From Candidatus Helarchaeota archaeon (GTDB taxonomy: Archaea > Asgardarchaeota > Lokiarchaeia > Helarchaeales > RDOG01), in assembly GCA_019058315.1 (NCBI GenBank), contig JAHPZH010000003.1, forward strand, positions 460,451-524,450: a DNA stretch of 64,000 nucleotides, read 5' to 3'. Shown here piece after piece: positions 1-10,524 of the stretch. A program made the position numbers and the translations under genes. The notes below the pieces were generated by a model that saw only the letters and a list, made by a program, of their open reading frames with translations, made no database searches and was not told the DNA's origin. Position 1 is the stretch's first letter; each line of letters begins with the position of its first letter.

Positions 1-80
1 ATTTTAATCATCATATCAGGTAAAAATTGAGGAATATCCTCGTCTGCTAAATGATCTGTAATATTGATTGCTGTTGTCAT
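1..80 (-). CDS. 5' part of a hypothetical protein running off the window (MTTAINITDHLADEDIPQFLPDMMIK...)
   Basis: Hand-translated: ATG at 80 preceded by a GGTGA SD-like sequence, 9 nt after the stop of the glycyl-radical enzyme gene; frame open to the window edge. Confidence 0.6.
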   Translation of the reverse strand, partial: MTTAINITDHLADEDIPQFLPDMMIK

Positions 81-89
81 ATATTCACC

Positions 90-2486
90 TTAAACTTCAT
101 GAGATATTCGGGAGATAATCTCATCTTGTAGGAGAGATCCAACAGTAACAAAATATGCATTGTATCCCGTAACCCGAACTAATAGATTTCTATAATCTTG
201 AGGGTGTTTTTTTGCTTCTCTCAATGTATCGGCATCAATCATATTTACTTGAAGGCAAGTTCCGCCAATATCGATATAAGTTCTCAAAAGAGCTTTGAAT
301 TTTTCCACATCTGCCTTGTTTCTTAACATCATTGGATTGAAACTCATAGTATGAGAACTACCATTAGGTACGGTATCCAGACCAATTTTTCCAACACTTT
401 TAATTACGCTTGTGGGACCACACATATCACAACCAGAGCTTGGACAAACACCATTTGATAGATATGTACCCATTTTACGACCATCAGGAGTTGCGGTTTG
501 TGTTGCACCATACATTATCCAATAGTTCCAACTTAGATAACCAGCTCGATATTGTTTGTTTGTGGGAGTTTTATATTCGAGAACTTTGTGAGTCCAAAAA
601 TCATTAACTTCATGTGCTAAAGAATCCGCATAATCATCATCATTACCATATTTTGGAGCTTTATTCCTTAATAATAATCTTAGAGGTTCTTTTCCTTCAT
701 AATTAACCTTTATTGCTTCTATAATTTCTTCAAGAGAGACTTTTTTGTCTTCATAAACTAATTTTTTTACTGCAAGCAAGGAATCTATAGCAGTCCCCAA
801 AGCTACTCCTTCAACAGTAATAAAATTATACCTGGCTCCTCCCTGAGTTATATCAAGACCTTTTTTTGCACAATCATCAACAAGTACTGAAAGATATGGT
901 GTAGGTTCATAAGTTGCCCTAATTTCATCACCTAAATTATAAATGTCTATAATTTTTTCAATTGTGAACGTTAATTGTTTGATGTATGTATCATAAAATT
1001 GTTGCCAATTTTCAAACTTAAGCGGATCTCCGGTCTCTGGAGCATATTGATTTTGAGCTTGAAAATCCATGCCATTAAATAGCACAAATTCAATAGCCTT
1101 GGAAAGATTTAAGTTAACATCAACCGTTCCACTTCGATCACAACCTTGAAGTGTGTTTTCAAGACAACCTACAGGTGCATAATCCCATAGTTCATCTTCT
1201 GGAAGACCTGCAAATTTTAATGCTTTTATAGATATTTCATCAAAATTTAAAAGGAATGGAGCTCCTTGTGCTCTAATAAGCATTTCAACAGTACGATCTA
1301 GTAATTTTTCTGGAGTATTTTTATGCAATCTTACATTTGGTTTTGGTTCCAACATGTTTAAATCTTCAATAACTTCAAGCATTAAGTACGTCAAATCATT
1401 GGACAAATCTTCACCATTCGGTCCCATTCCAGATAACGTAATTAGTTGTCCAAAACCAGAATTAATGCCTTGATTGTTTCCAACTCTACCTTGGTAGTCA
1501 TAGGCATAATTACATTTTATCCAGAAACATTCTAGGATTTCTTTTGCTTCTTCTTGACTTATATTCCCCTCGTCTAAATCTATCCTATAAAATGGATAAA
1601 GATATTGATCGATGCGTCCAAATGATAGACCTGGTCCGGGATAAGATTCATCAGCCATTACTAACATGTGAGTAAACCATAAACTTTGAACTGCCTCCCA
1701 GAATGTTTCGGCAGGCTCCCAAGGGACTTTTAAACAATTTTTTGAGATTTCTAATAATTCTTTTTTTCGCCTTTCATCTTTTTCTTTTTCAGCTAGCTCC
1801 TTTGCTACATTTGAATATCGTGCTGCAAATTTTTTTGGTGTATCACAACAAATAAGCATAGCCTTTAATTGAGCAATTTTAACAGTATTATTTGAATCAG
1901 TTTTAGACAATTCTTCTTCTATTTCCTTTTTAACTCCCTTAAATCCAATTTTCAGTATTTTGGGGTAATTAGGGATCAAATGTCCTGGAGTTGGACCACA
2001 ATTTCCTAGAGCCATCTCATTTATTTCTTTCAATTGGCGAATAAATTTTGACTCCATATCTTTGTGGACTTTACGTTCTTCTTCGTTTAAACATTTAGAA
2101 AGTGCGGCATTAAACTTTCCACCGATTATTAACTCACCTTCAAGAATGTCGACGGCTATTTCTTCGCTCATTACTTTATCGAAAAAAGTAGCTTTTCGTA
2201 CTACAAGCGGCATATCCCAAAAATCAGCTGGCAATTCAACTTTTTTGGCAGTCACTAGAAGGGCATTTTCATAAGCATTTCCTAAAAAGTATATTTCTGG
2301 AGCCACACTAAATTTAATAACAGACCAAACTTGATCCCATTCAGTCCCCGTAGTGTATCCCTCTGCTTCATTCTTAAATTCACGTTCGTAAAAATTAAAG
2401 TATTCAGCCCTCAGTCTCTTTATTCGTTCTGAGAGATTCTGAGGGCTCCAAATCCTTATCATTGACTCACTACTCTTTGATGTCAT
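90..2486 (-). CDS. Glycyl radical enzyme (PflD/PFL2-like, substrate unknown)
   Basis: 798 aa; Cys loop PVGCLE, C-terminal Gly loop LLVRVTGY, GRIDQYLYP and PKYGNDDDYAD motifs. Confidence 0.92.
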   Translation of the reverse strand: MTSKSSESMIRIWSPQNLSERIKRLRAEYFNFYEREFKNEAEGYTTGTEWDQVWSVIKFSVAPEIYFLGNAYENALLVTAKKVELPADFWDMPLVVRKATFFDKVMSEEIAVDILEGELIIGGKFNAALSKCLNEEERKVHKDMESKFIRQLKEINEMALGNCGPTPGHLIPNYPKILKIGFKGVKKEIEEELSKTDSNNTVKIAQLKAMLICCDTPKKFAARYSNVAKELAEKEKDERRKKELLEISKNCLKVPWEPAETFWEAVQSLWFTHMLVMADESYPGPGLSFGRIDQYLYPFYRIDLDEGNISQEEAKEILECFWIKCNYAYDYQGRVGNNQGINSGFGQLITLSGMGPNGEDLSNDLTYLMLEVIEDLNMLEPKPNVRLHKNTPEKLLDRTVEMLIRAQGAPFLLNFDEISIKALKFAGLPEDELWDYAPVGCLENTLQGCDRSGTVDVNLNLSKAIEFVLFNGMDFQAQNQYAPETGDPLKFENWQQFYDTYIKQLTFTIEKIIDIYNLGDEIRATYEPTPYLSVLVDDCAKKGLDITQGGARYNFITVEGVALGTAIDSLLAVKKLVYEDKKVSLEEIIEAIKVNYEGKEPLRLLLRNKAPKYGNDDDYADSLAHEVNDFWTHKVLEYKTPTNKQYRAGYLSWNYWIMYGATQTATPDGRKMGTYLSNGVCPSSGCDMCGPTSVIKSVGKIGLDTVPNGSSHTMSFNPMMLRNKADVEKFKALLRTYIDIGGTCLQVNMIDADTLREAKKHPQDYRNLLVRVTGYNAYFVTVGSLLQDEIISRISHEV

Positions 2487-2730
2487 TTAAAATCCTCTAT
2501 GTTATACATACAAAGTAAAAATTTTGAATCCAATATTATTGTATAGGAAAATTAATTTTTTATACTTACGAATTTTATCTTTAAATTAATTTTTTAAAAT
2601 CTATCTTAATTTTCTCAAAATATATGTATCTTAAGAAATAAAAAAAGAATATTTAATTTATTTTTCATTTGCAGATTAGATTAAGACGATACTTAATTCT
2701 TCATCGTCATTAAAAAAAAAGGATAGAGAT

Positions 2731-4365
2731 TTATTTTTTGGATTTCATTATTACTATAACAACGATCACCGCTGCAGCGATTCCGATTAATATTAATGGG
2801 ATTAATAATTGATCGAAAGGTCCTGGTTGTTGTAACATTAGAATCGGTAAGAAACTTAATTCTGGAGCTTTTTCTTGGGTTATGTTAGTATGTTTTGCGT
2901 AAATATCATAATTCCCATTTCTATAATCATACCATGTGATGATTGCTCCTCCTGAACCATCGCTGCAAATTTGAGGCGGGCCTTGATCTTCTCTTGCAGT
3001 GCAGATTGCCCTTCCATTAAGTGTCCATTGAACGCTTCCTGTTGAATTTACTTTTTGGGCATATATATCATAGTAATTTCTATTATCATACCATGTGATG
3101 ATTGCCCCTCCAGCATCATCGCTGCAAATTTGAGGATCCCTTTGTTCTTTACTTGCCGTGCAGATTGCAGTTCCATTTGCCATCCATTCCATACCTCCGC
3201 TTGTATTAACTTTCTGCGCATAAATATCAAAATCAGTAGTTGCATTATTTCTATAATCATCCCATGTGATGATTGCGCCTCCAGCACCGTCACTGCAAAT
3301 CTGAGGATTGTATTGTTGTTGGTTTTCCGTGCAGACTGCAGTTCCATTGCCTGTCCATTCCATACCTCCAGTTGTATTAACTCTTTGCGCGTAAATATCT
3401 CGGATCCCTATCACGTCATTTACCCACACGATTATTGCACCCCCCGTACCATCGCTACAAATCTGAGGACTATCTTGCCAAGTTAATTCCGTGCTAACTG
3501 CCACTCCGTTAGGTGCCCATTCTACGATTCCGCTGGAATTAATTTTCTGTGCGTAAATATCAACACTAGTTGTAGCATAAGTTCTCTCATCATGCCATGC
3601 GATAATTGCGCCCCCTACAGTATAATTTACAATTTGGAGCAACTGTTGAGCCATAGCTGCATTGCATATCAGCACACCATCGGTGGTCCATTCATCATCC
3701 CCACTAGAATTTACTCTCTGAGCGTAAATATCATAGTTATTTGAACCAGGTCTGGCATCCATCCATGTAATGATCGCACCTTCCGCACCGTCGCTACAAA
3801 TTTGAGAGTTTGATTGGGTATTTGCTGCCGAGCATATTGCAGTTCCATTAGGCGTCCATTCAACGCCTCCACTCGAATTGATTCTCTGTGCATAAATATC
3901 ATAATCTGAAGGAACCCTTCCATCTTCCCACGTGATAATTGCACCTCCCGCACCGTCGCTACAAATTTGGGGATATCTTTGAGTTCCACCAGCAGTACAG
4001 ACTGGCACTCCATTAGTTGTCCAATCTATTGTTCCATTGGAATTGATTTTCTGAGCATAAATATCTTCGTGAGTACTTGCGTAATTTCTTCTGTCTCTCC
4101 AAACAATAATTGCGCCTCCCGCACCGTCGCTACAAATTTGATGCAGATCTTGAGTATCAGTTGCTGTGCATATTGCATTTCCATTCTTGTTCCATGTAGA
4201 AGAAGAAATCATTGAATTTTCATATTTATTAATCCAGTATGTATTCGATATATTCGGAAGATAGTTCAATACCATTGTTGAAATGAAGAATGTCTGTATT
4301 ATGACAAAAAAAATTAACTTTTTATTTTTCATTTCTTTCATCTTTTTTAAAAATTGTTCAATCAT
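2731..4365 (-). CDS. Membrane-anchored extracellular repeat protein (8 x ~57-aa repeats, probable beta-propeller)
   Basis: N-terminal hydrophobic segment; 8 repeats of WxxNGxxIC...PQICSDGAGGAIIxW...DIYAQ; C-terminal TM helix followed by KSKK. Confidence 0.85.
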   Translation of the reverse strand: MIEQFLKKMKEMKNKKLIFFVIIQTFFISTMVLNYLPNISNTYWINKYENSMISSSTWNKNGNAICTATDTQDLHQICSDGAGGAIIVWRDRRNYASTHEDIYAQKINSNGTIDWTTNGVPVCTAGGTQRYPQICSDGAGGAIITWEDGRVPSDYDIYAQRINSSGGVEWTPNGTAICSAANTQSNSQICSDGAEGAIITWMDARPGSNNYDIYAQRVNSSGDDEWTTDGVLICNAAMAQQLLQIVNYTVGGAIIAWHDERTYATTSVDIYAQKINSSGIVEWAPNGVAVSTELTWQDSPQICSDGTGGAIIVWVNDVIGIRDIYAQRVNTTGGMEWTGNGTAVCTENQQQYNPQICSDGAGGAIITWDDYRNNATTDFDIYAQKVNTSGGMEWMANGTAICTASKEQRDPQICSDDAGGAIITWYDNRNYYDIYAQKVNSTGSVQWTLNGRAICTAREDQGPPQICSDGSGGAIITWYDYRNGNYDIYAKHTNITQEKAPELSFLPILMLQQPGPFDQLLIPLILIGIAAAVIVVIVIMKSKK

Positions 4366-4460
4366 TTAATTTTCATCTAAAAAAAAAATTAGTATTAATT
4401 AATTATTATGATATTTAAAAATTGAGTAAAAAAAAAATGTGTTTAAAATTTTGAATGGTT

Positions 4461-6257
4461 TTATTTTTTCACTGTCATTTCTGGGGCAACTTCTTTTTTC
4501 TTTACTTCTCTTTTCCAAGAATTCGGGTTATAGGAAGCAGCACCAGCAAAGTCCATTAATGTGTTTTCCTTGGGATTAACACGCACATCTAATACAGCGG
4601 GAACACCAGAATCAAACGCTCGTTTTAGAGCTGGTTGAATATCATTTGGATCATTTATTAACTCTCCGTAACAATCGAAAGCTTCTGCATATTTATCATA
4701 TCGTGTGTTATCACTCAAAGATGATCCTAAACCAAAGTATTTTCTTCCATGTGCTAATTTTTGGACTCGTGCTACCATGCCCCAAAGTCTATCATTTGAA
4801 ATAACTACAACAAAGGGCAAATTGTGTCTTCGAGCTGTATCAATTTCTTTGCCATTGAATAAGAATGAACCATCACCAGTTAGTACTAGGACCTTCTTTT
4901 CTGGATGTGCATATTTAGTCGCAATAGCCATAGGTACACCACCACCGAGATGTTGCAGTCCCAGACCACCTGAAAAATATAAACATTTTGGAAAAAAAGC
5001 ATGCCCTTGTAGATACATCAAGCCCCAAATAGTTGTATCGCCTCCATCTAAAATGATAATACCATCATTTGGCATAAAATCACCTATTTCCTTGGCTAAT
5101 CGCTGGGGCTTAATTGGTATTTTTTCAGATGTCCCATCTTTAGCGATGCGAGCATAAAACTTTTCTCTTTCTGTTTCCACTCGTTTAACCCATGGGGTGA
5201 CAGCTTTTGGTTTATTATTTAACTTCTTTTTAGTAATATGGACTAATTGAGTTAGAACACCTTTTACATCTCCCACTATTGGAACATCAATACCCCGATT
5301 GCGTCCTATTTCTTCTGCTTTGATATCAACTTGGATGAGTTTAGCCTCATCAGAAAACATGGGAGTATAACCAAAATTCATCAATTCTGTAATTCTCGAC
5401 CCTAATATCAGAGCGACGTCAACTTCTTGCATTAATGCTTGTCCTGGACCTTCTAATAAAGTTGCCAAGCCGAAATATAGAGGATCATCTGAAGGAAAGG
5501 AACCTATCCCGAAACCCCAACATCCTACAGGAGTTTGTACTAAATGGGCAAATTCAATGAGTTCTTTAGAGGCATCGGAAATTCCTACACCAGTTCCGGC
5601 CATAATTAAAGGCCTTTCAGCATTTAGTAATAAATCCACAGCTTTTGATACTAGTTCACTATTTCCATACGGCCCATGGAACGCTCGAAGTTTTTGTACA
5701 GGTACAAATGCTTGTTGAACAATATTTAATTCGTCGTTACATTCTTTTACCATAACATCAACTGGAACAAGAAGTAAGGTGGGTCCTGGCTGACCCGTTG
5801 TAGCTATTCGGAATGCCATATTAACGTACTCGGGTAGACGAGCAGTTTCGTAACAATAACCAGTCCATTTTGTTACCGAACGAAATGCGGGAGCAACATC
5901 AATTTCGTTTGCAGCCCATTTATCAAAAGTCATCATGGGAGTTGTTGAACATATAGCTACCACTGGGATACTTGCATCTTTAGCTAGTGGAAGAGCAGGG
6001 AATAAATCCGTGATTCCCGGTCCTGATTGTACTGAACAGACTCCAACTTCGCCCGTTGCCATAAAATAGCCCATAGCAGCATGACCAGTGGCTTGTTCAT
6101 GCCTAAAATCAATTAAATCTATTCCCGTTTCTGTGCAAGATTTGTCCTGACAATAATTATAAATCATATCGTTATCGCCACAAAGTGTAAAAATGACTTT
6201 AACACCTTGATTGCTTAAAGCTCGTACTATCAATTGTGCTCCATTAACCTTTACCAT
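4461..6257 (-). CDS. Thiamine diphosphate-dependent enzyme, acetolactate synthase / 2-hydroxyacyl-CoA lyase-like family
   Basis: RHEQ catalytic Glu motif, SGPG, ThDP-binding GDGS...(x24)...ND motif. Confidence 0.88.
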   Translation of the reverse strand: MVKVNGAQLIVRALSNQGVKVIFTLCGDNDMIYNYCQDKSCTETGIDLIDFRHEQATGHAAMGYFMATGEVGVCSVQSGPGITDLFPALPLAKDASIPVVAICSTTPMMTFDKWAANEIDVAPAFRSVTKWTGYCYETARLPEYVNMAFRIATTGQPGPTLLLVPVDVMVKECNDELNIVQQAFVPVQKLRAFHGPYGNSELVSKAVDLLLNAERPLIMAGTGVGISDASKELIEFAHLVQTPVGCWGFGIGSFPSDDPLYFGLATLLEGPGQALMQEVDVALILGSRITELMNFGYTPMFSDEAKLIQVDIKAEEIGRNRGIDVPIVGDVKGVLTQLVHITKKKLNNKPKAVTPWVKRVETEREKFYARIAKDGTSEKIPIKPQRLAKEIGDFMPNDGIIILDGGDTTIWGLMYLQGHAFFPKCLYFSGGLGLQHLGGGVPMAIATKYAHPEKKVLVLTGDGSFLFNGKEIDTARRHNLPFVVVISNDRLWGMVARVQKLAHGRKYFGLGSSLSDNTRYDKYAEAFDCYGELINDPNDIQPALKRAFDSGVPAVLDVRVNPKENTLMDFAGAASYNPNSWKREVKKKEVAPEMTVKK

Positions 6258-6453
6258 AAAATTCTCTCCAATATGTAATTTCTTGATATTATATTGTTTA
6301 TTTAATATTTTATTTATTACTGAAAATCAGCAAATACTAATTCTACTACAAATTATACTTTAAAAGAATTTAATGAGCTGTTTTCCTTATTAAAAAAATT
6401 TATGAATACCCAAAACAATATTAGATTTCAACAAAATTATGAGATGGAAATAG

Positions 6454-6951
6454 ATGAATATAAAAGATTTAGAAAAAGATGCTAAAACTGCAACTGATAC
6501 TCCAAAAGGTGCAATAAAATTTTTAGTAAATTGTCTATATGTATATCAACAAGGTAATGACAAAGCCCTTGGCTATATGGGCTATGTACTCGCAAAAAGT
6601 TTTTGTGAAGAGGATAATTCTTCTCCAAGCGGTTATAAACCAAATAAAAGATATACTGGTCTCATTAAGAGCTTAAAGGAACATAGAAAACGAAATTCAG
6701 TGTTATCTACTATGGGTGGTACATGGGAGCAAGATTACAAAGATATAGATCCCGACAATTATGAACTCCCCTTTACCAAAGAAACCATGGATGGGGAGGA
6801 GACAAGATTCTTTATCAATGCTGGTGGTCGAGATCTAGATTTTCCTGTAAATGTAAGGCAAAACAATAAAGGTCAATGGAAGATTATGGGTGGACTCTCG
6901 ACAATGTGCATGGATGTTAGACCTACTAAAACCGAAAAAGGAGATTTTTAA
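6454..6951 (+). CDS. Hypothetical protein (DUF6935-like), tandem paralog 1
   Basis: 165 aa; TPKGA..., GGTWEQDY, AGGRD..., QNNKGQWK motifs shared with the next gene. Confidence 0.7.
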   Translation: MNIKDLEKDAKTATDTPKGAIKFLVNCLYVYQQGNDKALGYMGYVLAKSFCEEDNSSPSGYKPNKRYTGLIKSLKEHRKRNSVLSTMGGTWEQDYKDIDPDNYELPFTKETMDGEETRFFINAGGRDLDFPVNVRQNNKGQWKIMGGLSTMCMDVRPTKTEKGDF

Positions 6952-6952
6952 A

Positions 6953-7468
6953 ATGGATCATAAAGATTTAGAAAGAGATGCTGCGACAGCTAATGATACT
7001 CCACAAAATGCTTTAAAATATCTATTAAATTGCCTATATGTCTATCAAATGGGCGGTAAAAAAGGTAAAGGTGAAGACAAAGCCTTAGGATATATAGGTT
7101 TTGTTCTTTCTAAGGATAACCTAAAAGAAGATAAGAAATCCCCAAGCGGTTTGAAACCATTTGCTTCTTCATTAAACCTCATTAAAGGTTTAAGAGAACC
7201 TCAGAGATATTATTCTATATTATCTACTATGGGGGCAACCTGGGAAAATAATTACCAAGACATAGACCCTACCAATTACGAGCTACCTATCGTTGATATA
7301 AAAGAACAAGGCGATAAGGTTAAACTAGTCCTCAAAGCAGGTGGCCGTGATAATCCGTTTCCAATCACTTTAGCACAAAATAATCGAGGTCAATGGAAAA
7401 TAGTGGGTGGTTTTTCGACCTTATGTATGGATGTCCGACAACCAAAAGCAGCTGTAGGCGATTTTTAA
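6953..7468 (+). CDS. Hypothetical protein (DUF6935-like), tandem paralog 2
   Basis: Start moved to ATG 6953 because MDHKDLERDA aligns with MNIKDLEKDA of paralog 1; AGGAG upstream. Confidence 0.7.
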   Translation: MDHKDLERDAATANDTPQNALKYLLNCLYVYQMGGKKGKGEDKALGYIGFVLSKDNLKEDKKSPSGLKPFASSLNLIKGLREPQRYYSILSTMGATWENNYQDIDPTNYELPIVDIKEQGDKVKLVLKAGGRDNPFPITLAQNNRGQWKIVGGFSTLCMDVRQPKAAVGDF

Positions 7469-7542
7469 TTCCATTTTTCTATTTTTTATTTTAAAAACTC
7501 TTGTATATCTTAATTTTTTTAATATTCTTTCATAAAAGTTTT

Positions 7543-8367
7543 TTATTTGTTATTCTTTTTCTCATTTATTTTATCTCTTAAAAATTTAAACCCAGGTGTA
7601 ATATCTTCATTTAGATGCATAGGAATTAGAGTTCTAATTGGATAATTCAAGTTCATAAAATGTCCCGTTTTAAATAGATTCTTTATTACATAAAATATTA
7701 GATCTGCTGGTATGCCAATTGCTAATTCATGTTCTGATATGCCAGCAAATGCACGGTCTCCAGCACCTGGAATAACTATCTGGGGTTTTTGTGTTACGAA
7801 TGGGATAAGACCTCCTTTAGCACAAGATTCGCCAAAACCTTCAAAAGATGAATTAGGAACATAATCTTCATTATATTCATAACTCAATGCATGTATAATG
7901 TGTGTGAGTTGGGCCCCGTCACAATATATAAGAATCGAGTCCGGAATGATAATTGTTTTCGGTAAGGGTGAGCAAATTAACCCACAATATTCTACAGGTT
8001 TAATTTTTTCCATAAATTTATAGTGAGTTTCGGCTCTTCTTATTTCTGCCTCAACATTTTTATGCCATCCCTGCTGTACCTGACTTTCAATAAAATCTTC
8101 TCTAGATATGTCTTCCCACTTGTGCATAGCTGTAGAAGGAACGCAGAAATTATCCTCTGATGTAATAGTTACATTCAAACCTATACGGCGGGCTAGAGTA
8201 AAAGCTTGGCATATCGACAATTTAATCCCCTGGGATTTTGGTCTCATTCCACTTTTTGGAATCTTATCTAAGCTTTTAATGTATTTTATTGCGATAGGAT
8301 ATGTGGAAAGATGTAATTTATCATATATTTTTTGACCAGCTTTTTTAAAATCATTCAAATCTTTCAT
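7543..8367 (-). CDS. DUF169 family protein
   Basis: YPIAIK, CQAFTLAR, C, PD.I.IY, GESC, PGAGDR motifs. Confidence 0.8.
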   Translation of the reverse strand: MKDLNDFKKAGQKIYDKLHLSTYPIAIKYIKSLDKIPKSGMRPKSQGIKLSICQAFTLARRIGLNVTITSEDNFCVPSTAMHKWEDISREDFIESQVQQGWHKNVEAEIRRAETHYKFMEKIKPVEYCGLICSPLPKTIIIPDSILIYCDGAQLTHIIHALSYEYNEDYVPNSSFEGFGESCAKGGLIPFVTQKPQIVIPGAGDRAFAGISEHELAIGIPADLIFYVIKNLFKTGHFMNLNYPIRTLIPMHLNEDITPGFKFLRDKINEKKNNK

Positions 8368-8481
8368 AATAATCGTCCTTTTATGATTTTTAGATAAATA
8401 TTTTATATCAATTTAAATCTTCTATGAAAACGGTGATATTATGGATAAAAAATATTTTGCAGTATGTTATTTAACGAATTG

Positions 8482-10257
8482 TTAGCAAATTTTGAATTTT
8501 GGAATTAAAATAATGAACTTACTTCCCTTTGAGTGATCACCTTTCACTTTATCTTCGACCCAGATTTTTCCACCATACACAGAAATTATCTTACTTACGA
8601 GTGATAAACCAGAACCTAGTCCACTTGCCATTCTATTATTTTGGTTAAATCTTTGAAAAATATCGTTTTTCCTTGCATCAGATATTCCCTTCCCGTTGTC
8701 AATAAATTCTAATTTAAAATACTCTAATCCATTCGAATTTTCACTTTCTATTCTAATTAAAATTTCAATTTCAGTATTATCATTATGTCTTATAGCATTA
8801 CTTAAAAGATTATCAAAAACATCAATCAGAAACTCATTTGCATATATTAAATGGTTCTCTTCGGCTGATTTAATATAAATATTAATATTTCTATCTAAAA
8901 AATTTTTGTGAATAAAATCTATTGCTTTTTCTAATATTTTGTATAAATCTACAAGCTCGAGACTTTGTTCTGATTCCTCAAGCTTAGAGAATTTATTCAC
9001 ATTTTCTATCAATCTATCAATCTTTTCAATTTGCTCCATAATTCTTGTAAAACCTTCTCTCAAGTGTTCTTTATTATCTAAATTATCTATTCCATAGCTT
9101 GTGCTCAGACTTAATACTTGAAGAATATTTTTGATATCGTGAGATAATAAGTCTTTATAAAATTCAGAACGGTTAAATGCAATACGATATTTTTTCTCAG
9201 AGTTTTTTAATTTAATTTCTCCTAATTTCCAATCAATTATGATTTTTAGACGATCTCCAATTTCTTTTAATAAAAATTTTTCTTCTTTTAAAAAAGGTCG
9301 ATTTTCAATATAAAATACTTCAATTTTCATAATTTGGTCATTTACAATAACGTCATATGATAGTTTGTAAGGAGTTTCTTCACAATTTTCTGTTTTATAT
9401 TCCTTTGCATCATAAATGATCCTTGAACACGAAATTTTAGGAAATTTAAATGCAGGTGGAATAAGTTGAATTGTTCCTTCTATTATTTCTTCAATTGAAA
9501 TATTTGGATATTCCAGAAGTTTAGAAATCCCATAAAGACAATTGAGTTCATTAATTTTTTCGTAAAGTGAATTTTCATGTTCAATTATTTTTAATTCTGC
9601 TTGTTTTCTATCTTTTAAATGCCTTATCCATCTATTCATTTTTAGCTTTTCAGGATTTTCACTTAAAAACTCGTCTGGAGGAGTAAAGTAGAAATTTTGA
9701 AAAAATTCGGTTCCCATTATCATAATCGGATGAGTTTCTATAACTTTCAAGATCAAATCAGGTGAAAATTCTCTCATATCATATTGGCAAATTGCGAGAC
9801 ACTTGCTATTTGGGAAAAATTTGTTTAATTTTGACTCATATTCAATCAATCTATCTGATCCGGGTAATTCTTTAAGAGCCCAAGTCATTTCACCAGTAAC
9901 TCTAAGCCCAGCATACCCTTCTTTTAAAGCAATTTCTGTTTCAGCTTTTAATAATTCAATCATTTTATCTGGGTCAAAATAACCTTCTTTTAAATATGTA
10001 TCTTTAGCAGATAAAATTATGAATTGACCTCTTTCTAGATATAAATCCACATCGATACTAATTTTTTTTAAATAATTAATTACAACTTGACTGCTATGAA
10101 CATCAACAATATATATTATCTTATCGTTTCTTGTCAATCCTTGAGATAAGAAAAGTGTAAGTAGAGCACGATGTTCATTCTCAGTGTTATAAAGACAACA
10201 TAAATGATCTCCATAATTTAAGCTATCGACTTCGTATAAAGTATAGGGATTATCCAT
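8482..10257 (-). CDS. MEDS-domain sensor histidine kinase
   Basis: N-terminal MEDS (GDHLCCLY, RVTGEMTW, ICQYD, THP); H-box SHDIKN; HATPase NLLSNA, DNGKGI, GLGSGL. Confidence 0.92.
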   Translation of the reverse strand: MDNPYTLYEVDSLNYGDHLCCLYNTENEHRALLTLFLSQGLTRNDKIIYIVDVHSSQVVINYLKKISIDVDLYLERGQFIILSAKDTYLKEGYFDPDKMIELLKAETEIALKEGYAGLRVTGEMTWALKELPGSDRLIEYESKLNKFFPNSKCLAICQYDMREFSPDLILKVIETHPIMIMGTEFFQNFYFTPPDEFLSENPEKLKMNRWIRHLKDRKQAELKIIEHENSLYEKINELNCLYGISKLLEYPNISIEEIIEGTIQLIPPAFKFPKISCSRIIYDAKEYKTENCEETPYKLSYDVIVNDQIMKIEVFYIENRPFLKEEKFLLKEIGDRLKIIIDWKLGEIKLKNSEKKYRIAFNRSEFYKDLLSHDIKNILQVLSLSTSYGIDNLDNKEHLREGFTRIMEQIEKIDRLIENVNKFSKLEESEQSLELVDLYKILEKAIDFIHKNFLDRNINIYIKSAEENHLIYANEFLIDVFDNLLSNAIRHNDNTEIEILIRIESENSNGLEYFKLEFIDNGKGISDARKNDIFQRFNQNNRMASGLGSGLSLVSKIISVYGGKIWVEDKVKGDHSKGSKFIILIPKFKIC

Positions 10258-10476
10258 TTTAAAACACTTAATAATATAAGTAAATAATTTAACCGAAAAT
10301 TAATATTTAAGGAAAATTACAAATCTTTATGATTATATTTCAATAGTAAATTCTATTTTACTTGGAAGAAATAAAAAAAAGGATATGAAATTGTTATTTA
10401 TAGAATATATTTTTCAGAGTTCTAAACATTTTATTTATTTATGTCGAAAAGGTTTTTATCTTAAAAAATACTAAAT

Positions 10477-10488
10477 AGAACTACTTCT
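10477..10488. promoter_or_regulatory. Conserved upstream element AGAActacTTCT, downstream of a TATA-like TTTTTAT
   Basis: Identical AAATAGAACTACTTCTC occurs upstream of both surface-protein paralogs (second copy about 12224-12240); imperfect inverted repeat. Confidence 0.35.
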
Positions 10489-10524
10489 CATATATTAAAA
10501 ATTAAATATATAGGAGAAAATAAA

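Noticed and set aside
3048-4215. Alternative-frame and antisense ORFs (3048..3347, 3055..3486, 3711..4013, 3967..4215) with internal repetition
   Set aside because: They are shadows of the repeat protein 2731..4365; the repetition is inherited from it.
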